DNA of 50,018 nucleotides from Fibrobacter sp. (GTDB lineage Bacteria > Fibrobacterota > Chitinivibrionia > Chitinivibrionales > Chitinispirillaceae): NCBI GenBank assembly GCA_012728995.1, contig JAAYEB010000355.1, forward strand, positions 1-50,018. The letters run 5' to 3'. The notes under the pieces were generated by a model. It did no database searches, was not told where the DNA came from, and saw only the letters and a program-made list of their open reading frames with translations. The position numbers and the translations under genes are program-made. Below are positions 38,024-46,898 of the stretch, piece after piece. Each line of letters begins with the position of its first letter. Position 1 is the first letter of the stretch.

Positions 38024-39130
38024 ATGATGAAAATAGACAAAAACGGTGATGATCTGGCCAAATTAGAGTCACAGGTTGTCCAGGAAGAACGGGCGTTGAA
38101 CTTTTTTGATAAGTACCTTTCTATATGGGTGGCAGTTTGTATCGTTTTGGGCACTGGAACAGGATATCTCTTTCCCGGAGCTGCTTCGATCTTGAGCGGT
38201 ATCGAGGTGGCGAATGTTTCTCTGCCGGTCGCAGTTGTATTGCTTATCATGATGTTCCCCATTATGCTGAAAATCAGTCTCAAGGAGGTAATTGGTGTCA
38301 GCCGAAACAGCAAACCACTTTTGTTAACGCTCATAGTCAATTGGGCTGTCAAACCGTTTACCATGGCACTGATCGCCTGGTTATTCATGCGGATTTTTTA
38401 TTCCAATTTTATCCCCGACGACTTACAAAGCGAATATATAGCCGGAATGATTCTCCTTGGACTTGCACCTTGTACAGCAATGGTATTTGTCTGGACGTAC
38501 CTTGCAAGAGCTAATATTCATTATGCGCTCGTTCAGGTATCTGTAAACGATCTCATTATACTTGTGTTGTTTGCGCCTCTTGGTAAATTTCTTCTTGGAG
38601 TTACGACAGATTTCCCGGTACCGCTTGCGACCATATTTTTTTCTGTCCTGTTCTATGTGGCAATACCTTTGACAGCTGCAGGCTTGACACGTTTTCTTGT
38701 TATCAAAAAGAAGGGTATCGAATGGTTCGAACTCAATCTTGTAAAAAGACTGGATTGGGTGACACCAGTTGGTTTGCTTATTACCCTCGTACTGATCTTT
38801 ATATTTCAGGGTAACAAAATTATCAATCATCCGCTTCACATCCTGCTTATTGCAATACCGTTGATTTTGCAGACTTATCTGATTTTCTATATTGGTTATT
38901 TGGGAACCAAGGCGTTGAAAATACCATTTTCAGAAGCTGCTCCATCAACGTTTATTGGAGCAAGCAACTTTTTCGAGCTCTCGGTTGCGGTTGCGTTGAT
39001 TCTTTTCGGAATGAATTCCGGTGCCACACTGGCTACGGTTGTTGGCGTACTTGTGGAAGTGCCGGTAATGTTGTCGCTGGTTAAAATCATGATAAAAAAT
39101 AAGAACAAATTTGCATTCAAGAGGTTGTAA
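38024..39130 (+). CDS. acr3: Arsenite efflux permease, ACR3 family
   Basis: 10-TM BART-superfamily topology. 'LSIWVAVCIVLGTGTG...FPIMLKISLKEV' matches the ACR3 family. Sits in the ars operon context. Confidence 0.75.
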   Translation: MMKIDKNGDDLAKLESQVVQEERALNFFDKYLSIWVAVCIVLGTGTGYLFPGAASILSGIEVANVSLPVAVVLLIMMFPIMLKISLKEVIGVSRNSKPLLLTLIVNWAVKPFTMALIAWLFMRIFYSNFIPDDLQSEYIAGMILLGLAPCTAMVFVWTYLARANIHYALVQVSVNDLIILVLFAPLGKFLLGVTTDFPVPLATIFFSVLFYVAIPLTAAGLTRFLVIKKKGIEWFELNLVKRLDWVTPVGLLITLVLIFIFQGNKIINHPLHILLIAIPLILQTYLIFYIGYLGTKALKIPFSEAAPSTFIGASNFFELSVAVALILFGMNSGATLATVVGVLVEVPVMLSLVKIMIKNKNKFAFKRL

Positions 39131-39196
39131 CTGTCAGATCTGAAAAACAGTATTGCTGCATAATCAAAAAATAACAATTAGAATGAAAGGAATAAT

Positions 39197-39997
39197 ATGT
39201 CAGGTACAAATGAAAATAAAATCAGAAAAGCAGTCCGAGAAAACTACGCCAGGGTAGCGGAAACAACAAAGGGGGCTTCCGGATGTTGCTGCACTCCATC
39301 CTGCTGCAGTCCGTCAAGCACAAGCAGTGCTGCTGATACGAGTGTAAATATGGGTTACAGTCAGGATGAAGTTGAGTCTGTTCCTGAAGGCTCGAACATG
39401 GGTCTGGGGTGTGGTAACCCGCAGGCAATTGCGTCTCTGAAACCGGGTAAAACCGTTCTCGACCTTGGTTGCGGCGGCGGTTTCGATTGCTTTCTTGCAG
39501 CAAAACAGGTTGGAAATGAGGGTTATGTTATCGGTGTGGACATGACACCGGAAATGGTGGACAAAGCAAGAAAGAATGTTGCGGAATCAAAGTATGATAA
39601 TGTTGACATAAGATTGGGTGAAATCGAGAATCTTCCGGTTGCAGACAATTTTGTTGATGTGATTATTTCCAATTGTGTGATAAATCTTTCACCAGACAAA
39701 CAACGGGTTTTTGATGAAGCATTCCGGGTGCTCAAATCGGGCGGACGCATCGCTGTATCCGATGTAATCGCATCAGCACCGATACCTGAAAATGTAAGAA
39801 CCGATCTGGCACTTCATGCCGGTTGTATTGCCGGAGCTTCAACATCTGATGAAGTCATCGCCATGTTGCAGAAAGCTGGTTTCAGCGACATTCGTGTTGC
39901 ACCAAAGGAAGAGAGCAAATCCTTTATCAAGGATTGGGCTCCAGGAAGCGGTGCGGAGAATTATGTGGTATCTGCAGATATTCAGGCTGTGAAGTAA
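39197..39997 (+). CDS. arsM: Arsenite S-adenosylmethionine methyltransferase
   Basis: SAM motif I 'VLDLGCGGGFDCF', N-terminal Cys cluster 'GCCCTPSCCSP', and further conserved Cys ('GLGCGNP', 'ISNCVINL'). Confidence 0.85.
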   Translation: MSGTNENKIRKAVRENYARVAETTKGASGCCCTPSCCSPSSTSSAADTSVNMGYSQDEVESVPEGSNMGLGCGNPQAIASLKPGKTVLDLGCGGGFDCFLAAKQVGNEGYVIGVDMTPEMVDKARKNVAESKYDNVDIRLGEIENLPVADNFVDVIISNCVINLSPDKQRVFDEAFRVLKSGGRIAVSDVIASAPIPENVRTDLALHAGCIAGASTSDEVIAMLQKAGFSDIRVAPKEESKSFIKDWAPGSGAENYVVSADIQAVK

Positions 39998-40014
39998 GAG
40001 ATGATGCATTTGCT

Positions 40015-40050
40015 GAATTAAAAACAGGAGGGTAGTTCTGGGCTCCCTCC
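40015..40050 (-). terminator. Hairpin (ggaggg/ccctcc) followed on the minus strand by a T5 run; likely terminator of the minus-strand arsP-ccdA operon
   Basis: Read directly from the sequence. Lies ~100 nt downstream of the ccdA stop. There is no T-run on the plus strand. Confidence 0.4.
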
Positions 40051-40154
40051 AATCTAACGAAAAGTGTCATCGAAGCTAATCAGCCCCACAACGCATGGTT
40101 TTCTTCATAATCGCCCCAGAATGTATTCTGAATATCCCACCCGTTTTGATTGTT

Positions 40155-40841
40155 TTATATATTGAGTCCAAAGTTATGTTGAAGAATAAGATATATGCCT
40201 GCAAGAAGCATTATCATGGCAGTTATTCTTCTGACCCATATTTCAATAACTGTAAGTTTTTTGAATGCCGTACCGATAAAATTGGCTGCAAAAGCCAGAA
40301 TAAGCGCGAACGCAATCACTGGCAAAGCAGTTCCGATTCCATAAAGTGACGACATCAAGGCGGAGTTTCCCTTTACAGCAAGAGGAATCAGCGCTCCGAA
40401 AAACAGACCTGCCGAGACAGGGCAGAATGCCAGAGCAAAAACAAATCCCAGAAGCCCCGAACCCCATAACCCCATGCGGTCAACACGTTTCTGCAGATTT
40501 CCACTCATGCCTCCGCCAAAGCTGATATTAAAAATTCCAAGAAGCAGTATGCCGACAACAACCAGGAGCGGGCCGATAAACAGATTCATGTATTTTTGAA
40601 GAAACATCGAAACGCCGGGTATCATCTGAAGACTTCGTGAGACCAGTAATGCAACTCCCAAATAGGCCAGAGTTCTTCCCAGGGTATAGAGAAGACCGGC
40701 AAAAAGGACCAGCCGGGTTTTCTCAACCTTGCGGCTCACATAAGAGATCGCAGCAATATTTGTCGCAAGCGGACACGGACTGATAGAAGTGAGTATTCCA
40801 AGCCAGATTGCTGTGCCTATGTCAATTAATACCGAGTCCAT
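40155..40841 (-). CDS. ccdA: CcdA/DsbD-family transmembrane thiol-disulfide electron transporter
   Basis: 6-TM protein with 'ISPCPLATNIAAISYV' and a second conserved Cys ('AFCPVSAG') typical of the DsbD_2/CcdA family. Confidence 0.75.
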   Translation of the reverse strand: MDSVLIDIGTAIWLGILTSISPCPLATNIAAISYVSRKVEKTRLVLFAGLLYTLGRTLAYLGVALLVSRSLQMIPGVSMFLQKYMNLFIGPLLVVVGILLLGIFNISFGGGMSGNLQKRVDRMGLWGSGLLGFVFALAFCPVSAGLFFGALIPLAVKGNSALMSSLYGIGTALPVIAFALILAFAANFIGTAFKKLTVIEIWVRRITAMIMLLAGIYLILQHNFGLNI

Positions 40842-40855
40842 GCCTGAGGCCTCCC

Positions 40856-41359
40856 CTATAATTGAGTTTTTATTTCTGTCTGAATATATTCTGCAAACTT
40901 TTCCTGGTCACGAAGAAGAGTCCATACCTTTTCGAGATTTTTCCAGTCTGTTTCTTTACCATCGACCAGGGTGGATACTATAACCGATTTGGTATATAAT
41001 TTATAATCTTCGACAAAATGCTTATTCTCTGGCAGATCGATATTGATTGATTTGAATTGGAGCAGCTTATTGTCAATCTGATCTTTAAAGCCGGAATCAA
41101 TAGCCTGTTTTGTAAGCTTTTCAATCAAGTTACATGAGTAGCACCGGTTTGTAGTGTGGAAATAGTATACTGTCACTTTTTTATTTACTTCTTTTTGATC
41201 GTTTTCAGATGAACTCTTTGCAGTTTTCTCTGAAACAGTTGTTTTTTTCTGTACCGATTGACCTTCAGAACTCTGACAGGAAGAAAATGTTCCGGTCAGA
41301 AAGACCACAATGGTACCAAAAGCAATAACGTTTTTGTACATGGTATTGAATAATTTCAT
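40856..41359 (-). CDS. Secreted thioredoxin-fold CxxC protein (putative periplasmic reductant for the ars system)
   Basis: Signal/lipobox ('FLTGTFSSC'). 'VTVYYFHTTNRCYSCNL' CxxC in a Trx-like context. 14 nt upstream of ccdA. Confidence 0.4.
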   Translation of the reverse strand: MKLFNTMYKNVIAFGTIVVFLTGTFSSCQSSEGQSVQKKTTVSEKTAKSSSENDQKEVNKKVTVYYFHTTNRCYSCNLIEKLTKQAIDSGFKDQIDNKLLQFKSINIDLPENKHFVEDYKLYTKSVIVSTLVDGKETDWKNLEKVWTLLRDQEKFAEYIQTEIKTQL

Positions 41360-41388
41360 AAAAGCAGATTCCTTTCAGTAAATAATTA

Positions 41389-41622
41389 TTATTTCAGCAG
41401 ATCCTTGATTTCAGCTATCCGCGGCACCCTGCCTGAGATCCTGACTTCACCGTCAATCGCAAGCGCTGGTGTCATCATTACCCCCATTTTCATTATTTCG
41501 TTTATGTCTTCTACTTTGATCACCTCTGCTTCAATTGAGGCTTCGGTTACCGCCTGCAAAGCTGTTTCATAGAGTTTTTTACATTTCGGACAACCTGTGC
41601 CGAGGACCTGGATCTTTTTCAT
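41389..41622 (-). CDS. Small thioredoxin-family protein ('redox-active disulfide protein 2'-like, CPKC)
   Basis: 77 aa, 'KIQVLGTGCPKCKKL' Thioredoxin_3 fold. This family commonly accompanies arsP permease genes. Confidence 0.7.
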   Translation of the reverse strand: MKKIQVLGTGCPKCKKLYETALQAVTEASIEAEVIKVEDINEIMKMGVMMTPALAIDGEVRISGRVPRIAEIKDLLK

Positions 41623-41727
41623 AATGTTCTCCTTTTAATGAATAAAATTAACACTGTTTTATTTTTATGATTCCAGACAGATTCCTTTTTGACTGTAACA
41701 TATCATGATTCGACAGCCTTTCTGTAA

Positions 41728-43044
41728 TCAAAAAAACGTTCCGTAAAGCAATCCGGAAACCGTAGCCATGATTACAACCAGGACTATGAATGTTGCAGTC
41801 TTTTTTAATCCCATAACTCCGTTTAAAACCAGCATGCTTGGCAGTGAGAGTGCTGGTCCGGCTAGAAGCAGCGCCAGGGCCGGTCCTTTACCCATACCGC
41901 TTCCGATCAATCCCTGAAGAATAGGTACTTCTGTAAGGGTTGCAAAATACATGAATGCTCCGGCAATGGATGCGAAGAAATTTGCTCTAAGAGAATTTCC
42001 GCCAACTGCAGCAGATACCCACTCCGACGGGATAATTCCTTCATTGCCAACTCTTCCCAAAAGGAACCCTGCGATGAGAACTCCAAACAGAAGCAGCGGC
42101 AGAATCTGTTTTGCAAAGGTCCATGTTGATGCAAACCAGTCGCCTATTTCGCCTTTGTCGGTACTTGTAACAACAGAAAGCCCTATTGAACCGGCAGCAA
42201 AAGCGGTTACCGGCAAGAATTCGTGAGGTATGGATTGTGGAGCGATCAGTGCAATTGCAGCAGCAGGAACAGTTGCGGCCAAAACTTTCCACCATGCCAT
42301 TTTGAACCAGCCGATAAGGATTACTCCAAAGATCAGAGAAAATACTGAAGTTATGATCCATTTTTGTGAATAAATAGTGTGCCAGATACCGCTGTTTTCC
42401 ATTGGTTTGCCCCAGTTGGCAAATACAAGAATCGCTATCATTACGAAAAAGTAAGCGGCTGTTTTCCATAAAGGTCTGACTGTTTGTTGATCGGGCATTG
42501 CCATCTGTGCTGCGGCTTTGGCAGTTTCCTCTTTGCGGTATATAAAATGCATCGAAAGTCCGATTATTATGCTGAAAACGATAGCTCCGATTGCACGCGC
42601 AAGTCCCATTTCAATACCAAGAATCCGACCTGTAAGCACTATTGCGAGTACATTGATTGCCGGACCTGCATAAAGAAAAGCTGATGCCGGACCGATACCT
42701 GCGCCCATTCGATATATCCCTGCAAAAAGCGGTAAAACCGTACAAGAACAAACTGCCAGTACTGTTCCGGATACTGAGGCAACACCGTAGGCAAGGATCT
42801 TGTTTGCCTTTGCTCCAAGATATTTCATTACCGATGCCTGGCTTATAAATACACCGATTGCACCTGCTATAAAAAATGCAGGAATAAGACACAAAAGAAC
42901 ATGCTCCCTGGCATACCACTTTACTAAATGAAGAGCTTCGAATATGGCGTTATCGAATCTTGGTATCCCTACCGGCAAAAAAAACATTCCGAGAAAGGTT
43001 GCCGCGATAATAAGCAGCGGTTTTGTTTCCTTTTTCCAGTCCAT
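41728..43044 (-). CDS. arsP: ArsP-type (DUF318) permease, putative organoarsenical (MAs(III)/roxarsone) efflux
   Basis: Multi-TM permease with 'LAVCSCTVLP', corresponding to the ArsP 'TPFcSCS..P' vicinal-cysteine motif. Located downstream of arsR. Confidence 0.7.
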   Translation of the reverse strand: MDWKKETKPLLIIAATFLGMFFLPVGIPRFDNAIFEALHLVKWYAREHVLLCLIPAFFIAGAIGVFISQASVMKYLGAKANKILAYGVASVSGTVLAVCSCTVLPLFAGIYRMGAGIGPASAFLYAGPAINVLAIVLTGRILGIEMGLARAIGAIVFSIIIGLSMHFIYRKEETAKAAAQMAMPDQQTVRPLWKTAAYFFVMIAILVFANWGKPMENSGIWHTIYSQKWIITSVFSLIFGVILIGWFKMAWWKVLAATVPAAAIALIAPQSIPHEFLPVTAFAAGSIGLSVVTSTDKGEIGDWFASTWTFAKQILPLLLFGVLIAGFLLGRVGNEGIIPSEWVSAAVGGNSLRANFFASIAGAFMYFATLTEVPILQGLIGSGMGKGPALALLLAGPALSLPSMLVLNGVMGLKKTATFIVLVVIMATVSGLLYGTFF

Positions 43045-43102
43045 TTATATTAATCCTTCAATTTGTTATTTGACTAAACAGCCAAATAAGATATAAAAAA
43101 AA

Positions 43103-43432
43103 TCAGACTACCATTGCGAGGTGTTCTTTTGCCTGCTTAACAATTAAATTGTCGAGGCATGATAAAAAATTGATAGTACAAGGCATGATCAGGCTGTAAT
43201 AAACCATTTGACCCCTTTTTTCATCAGTTACGATACCGGCATTTTTCAATATTGAAAGATGCTTGGAAACGGTTGACGTATCTGCCCCAACCATTTTGGT
43301 AAGTTCGCAGACACAATGTTCCTGTTTCGCCAGTTCCTCTATAATGAGCAATCTTGTAGGATGTGCCATGGCTTTTATTATAGTGGATTTTGCTTCATAC
43401 CTGGCCATTGTCTGTTTATTCATGCTATTCAA
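43103..43432 (-). CDS. arsR: ArsR-family arsenite-responsive repressor (second copy)
   Basis: 'PTRLLIIEELAKQEHCVCELTKMVGADTSTVSKHLSILKNAGIV' with the canonical CVC As(III)-binding motif. Confidence 0.8.
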   Translation of the reverse strand: MNSMNKQTMARYEAKSTIIKAMAHPTRLLIIEELAKQEHCVCELTKMVGADTSTVSKHLSILKNAGIVTDEKRGQMVYYSLIMPCTINFLSCLDNLIVKQAKEHLAMVV

Positions 43433-43740
43433 CTCCGTACGTACATTACTCCGTGTTTATATGTTATTTGGTAATATAGCCAAATAACCAATTAAAATCA
43501 ACTAAAATTCGATCTGGTTTTCAATTTTATTGTATTATCGTGAGTATTAAGGAAAAATTTAATTTATAGTTTGTAGTAAATTATAGACTATATTTAATGG
43601 TGAATGGAATTGGTGAATCATTCTATTCAGAAGTGTATTAAATACACAAATACAGAGGAATTGATTGAAAATATATTTTATTTTTTTGCAGTTTAGAAAT
43701 CGAAATTAAAAGTAGTTTAATCATCTCACAGGGAGATAAT

Positions 43741-44184
43741 TTGTCTAAAAAACTAAGCGTTCTTTTTCTTTGTACTGGTAACTCATGCCGTAGTCAGATG
43801 GCGGAAGCTCTTCTGCGAAAACATGCTGGTAATTCATTTGAGGTATTTAGTGCAGGCATTTCACCCAGGGGAATAGATCCGATGACAATCGAAGTGCTGC
43901 AGGAAATTGGTATTAATACATCCTCGCTTAATTCAAAATCAATTTCAGTCTATGGCATGGGTTTTAGAAATTTTGATTATCTTATAACTGTTTGCGCAAA
44001 AGCTGAGAAAAATTGTCCATCAATGTTTCCTGGAACAGGTGAACGGCTTTATTGGCCATTTGACGATCCGGCAGAACATACCGGATCTCAAAAAGAACGT
44101 ATTGATTTCTTCCGGAAAACAAGAGATGAAATAGAAAAGAAAATTGTCCAGTTTATTGCGGATACAATTATCAGTTCACACTGA
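43741..44184 (+). CDS. arsC: Arsenate reductase, LMW-PTP type (second copy), divergent from arsR2
   Basis: 'LSVLFLCTGNSCRSQMAEALL' CX5R P-loop plus a downstream Cys pair. Confidence 0.8.
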   Translation: MSKKLSVLFLCTGNSCRSQMAEALLRKHAGNSFEVFSAGISPRGIDPMTIEVLQEIGINTSSLNSKSISVYGMGFRNFDYLITVCAKAEKNCPSMFPGTGERLYWPFDDPAEHTGSQKERIDFFRKTRDEIEKKIVQFIADTIISSH

Positions 44185-44281
44185 AAATGATGCAAAGCAG
44201 CTCCTTCGAAACACTTTTTGAAGAAGCATTTCAACTTTTCCACCTGCTTTAAAACATGCTATATAAAGAACGGAAAATTTT

Positions 44282-45286
44282 ATGATCAAATATTTATCCA
44301 TAATACTTGTTGCAGTTATAACAGTTTTTTTACTCCTTTTCCGAAGTTCTCCTGATGAAAAAAAGATTCTGGATCATAATGTCAGAAGTAAAAGCAGTTA
44401 TAACTTTGTTAAGCTTAATAATGGATACACAGCTTATGATATCAGCGGTCCCGACACAGGTCATGTTGTCGTTTTTATTCATGGCGGTACTATACCGATG
44501 TGCATCTGGTCTGAACAGATCGGTTTTTTTACAGAGGCAGGCTTTCGGGTTCTTTGTTACGACCAGTACGGAAGAGGTGAATCAGACAGACCTGATACCG
44601 AATATAATCGGGCACTTTTTACTAACCAGCTAAAAGAACTTCTTGATGCCCTTGAAATCAGTTATCCGGTAAGTCTTATTGGTCCAAGTTTCGGTGGCGC
44701 AATCAGTGTATCGTTTGCTTCAAAATACCCCGAACTTGTTAATTCAATTGTACTGATTTCTCCTGTACTTAATCTTGACGGATCAAATTCTTCTCTCAAA
44801 TTACCGTTTCAGATCGCACGCCTGCCATTTCTGGGAAAACCGATTTTCAGATCCTTAATCCTCGGAAAAATCATTGAACGCGGACATTTACAGGTTGCAG
44901 GTGGAAAGGATTCGCCCTGTTACTCTCAGTTCCTTAATCAGTTCACATATAAAGGTACTTCAGATGCATTATACTCAATGTTTATATCAGATGCTTTCAA
45001 AAATTATCTGGATGAAACCGGTATTGTTGGCAAACAGACAAAAAACATTTTACTTATGCGGGGTAAAAAAGATAAAGAAATAACAGAATCAATGATTGAT
45101 GAAATCCGGTTGCTTTTGCCTGAATGCAAATTCAAGGAACTGGACAGCGGACATTCACCCAATGCTGATTCTTCCTCAGATTCTTTCAATCAACTGATTG
45201 TTGATTTTTTAAAAGACAGTATTTCAAAAGAATCTCCTCAAGAGGATAAATCGGAAGAAAATAAAACAGGCAAATCTGATAATTAG
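44282..45286 (+). CDS. Membrane-anchored alpha/beta-hydrolase fold protein
   Basis: N-terminal TM helix, 'VVFIHGGTIP', nucleophile elbow 'IGPSFGGAIS' (GxSxG). Confidence 0.65.
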   Translation: MIKYLSIILVAVITVFLLLFRSSPDEKKILDHNVRSKSSYNFVKLNNGYTAYDISGPDTGHVVVFIHGGTIPMCIWSEQIGFFTEAGFRVLCYDQYGRGESDRPDTEYNRALFTNQLKELLDALEISYPVSLIGPSFGGAISVSFASKYPELVNSIVLISPVLNLDGSNSSLKLPFQIARLPFLGKPIFRSLILGKIIERGHLQVAGGKDSPCYSQFLNQFTYKGTSDALYSMFISDAFKNYLDETGIVGKQTKNILLMRGKKDKEITESMIDEIRLLLPECKFKELDSGHSPNADSSSDSFNQLIVDFLKDSISKESPQEDKSEENKTGKSDN

Positions 45287-46323
45287 TCAATAATATTCAA
45301 TTTTATTGTTTTTTTCCAGTTCTTTGCCTGCATGCAACATAAATAAAATCCTTTGGGAACCATTCCTTTGAGCATTTCAACTGAATGATAACCACAAGAA
45401 ACATTCTTTTCCAATAAGCGGCATACAGTTTTTCCGTGCGCATCATAAATCATAACAGAAACCGTCTGACTTGATGGGACACTGAAAGATATTCTTCCGT
45501 TCTTAAAAAGCAGATCATATCCCGATCCACTTTTTTTTATACCCCTGCCTGTACTTGAAATGTTATCAAATTCTGCTTCAACAACAACATCTTCATCATA
45601 TATTATTATTCGCGTTTGCTTTGCTGCTTTATCAATAACATCAGCACTGCCTTCTGTAACATTCCATTTAACAAATTTCCAGTTATCATCAGAAACTGCC
45701 ATAAGGTTTACAGTGTCACCGCATGTTACAACAGTATCCTTATCGGGATAAGTAACTCCTGAACCACTTTGTGTTACAGACAGGTTAACCACCGGTTTTG
45801 CAACAAATATCCCTGAATCTGATTTGGTAAAATAATCACATTGTGGACCTGGGACACAAAGAGAGACTTCATCCAGAATAATGGAAATGGAATCATAATA
45901 ACCTGTTTTTGAAACGAATTTAAATACTCCAAGCAATCCTTCTGTTTGTTCCGGATATGGAGGAGTGAGCAGGGCTGCTCCTATTTCTATTGTACTGTCC
46001 GTTAAAATAAACCCAGGAGACTGAGGATTTGTACCAAGAATATTTTCTTCTTTTTCAGTTTCAAAAGAGCTTGAAACGAAAATGTACTTTGAAGAATCTA
46101 TTTTCATCCGAACTGTAAAATAATTAAGATCTTTTTGATCATTGAATTCTGAAACCCTTACAAAAACAGTAAATGTATCTTTTTCCTGATGAGAAACAAA
46201 ATACTTCTGGTTACCATCCAGATCCTGATTCATATCCATGCTTATTACCGCTGAAGAATTCGGACCACCAAAAACAGCCAGAACAAAAACAGATAATATT
46301 AAAAAACCTTTACACAATATCAC
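45283..46323 (-). CDS. Secreted protein with T9SS (Por) C-terminal sorting domain
   Basis: Signal peptide. The C-terminal ~80 aa '...VSVMIYDAHGKTVCRLLEK...KGFYLCCMQAKNWKKTIKLNIID' fits the T9SS CTD pattern (GxY...K.KL.I.K). Confidence 0.5.
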   Translation of the reverse strand: MILCKGFLILSVFVLAVFGGPNSSAVISMDMNQDLDGNQKYFVSHQEKDTFTVFVRVSEFNDQKDLNYFTVRMKIDSSKYIFVSSSFETEKEENILGTNPQSPGFILTDSTIEIGAALLTPPYPEQTEGLLGVFKFVSKTGYYDSISIILDEVSLCVPGPQCDYFTKSDSGIFVAKPVVNLSVTQSGSGVTYPDKDTVVTCGDTVNLMAVSDDNWKFVKWNVTEGSADVIDKAAKQTRIIIYDEDVVVEAEFDNISSTGRGIKKSGSGYDLLFKNGRISFSVPSSQTVSVMIYDAHGKTVCRLLEKNVSCGYHSVEMLKGMVPKGFYLCCMQAKNWKKTIKLNIID

Positions 46324-46338
46324 TGGTAACCCCTTTTC

Positions 46339-46857
46339 CTATTCCTCAACAAAAATCAGTGTATCCGTATGAAGTGAAATGTCACTTACAAGAGCTTTTG
46401 TTATTTTGACTGAACAGTCATCAGCATTGTCTCTTATGCTGAATTTAACATATACCAAAACTCCGTCACCGTCTGGTGCAACAGAGTTGTACTTTCCTTT
46501 GATTCCTGAAGCGATCTCAATTTTCCCATCAGTTGGAATGACCATAAATGGTCCTGCTTGTGCGCCACAAGATTCCAGAAAAACATCACCGTCACTGTTT
46601 CCCTTTTCCGCACTTACAAATTTCATGGATCTATGGTCATATTCGACAGTCAGATTAAATCCTGTTAAATTTTCGGCTCCACAAATCCATATCGCAGATA
46701 CTTTTTCATTTTGTGGAGGGCAATTGACATTCAAGATTCCTGTGCTACAGCAATTGTCAACTGCGATCCTTGCACCTTTGTTGTTTTCTGCACTCAATAC
46801 AGAAAACAACAATAACAGAACCGGAATATGTTTTCGAAAAGATCTGAATTTTTTCAT
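46339..46857 (-). CDS. Small secreted cohesin-like beta-sandwich protein
   Basis: Signal peptide, ~150 aa mature protein. 'GFNLTVEYDHRSMKFVSAEKG' and 'DGDGVLVYVKFSIRD' resemble the cohesin strands 'F.I.YD...L' and 'DG..a.i.F.v'. Adjacent to a dockerin-bearing protein. Confidence 0.35.
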   Translation of the reverse strand: MKKFRSFRKHIPVLLLLFSVLSAENNKGARIAVDNCCSTGILNVNCPPQNEKVSAIWICGAENLTGFNLTVEYDHRSMKFVSAEKGNSDGDVFLESCGAQAGPFMVIPTDGKIEIASGIKGKYNSVAPDGDGVLVYVKFSIRDNADDCSVKITKALVSDISLHTDTLIFVEE

Positions 46858-46898
46858 AAACTTAAATCCTTAAAAATGCCGGGTTTAATACTCATTTT

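Noticed and set aside
43433-43740. Possible ArsR operator in the arsR2/arsC2 divergent region
   Set aside because: No convincing inverted repeat could be singled out by eye in this AT-rich 300 bp.
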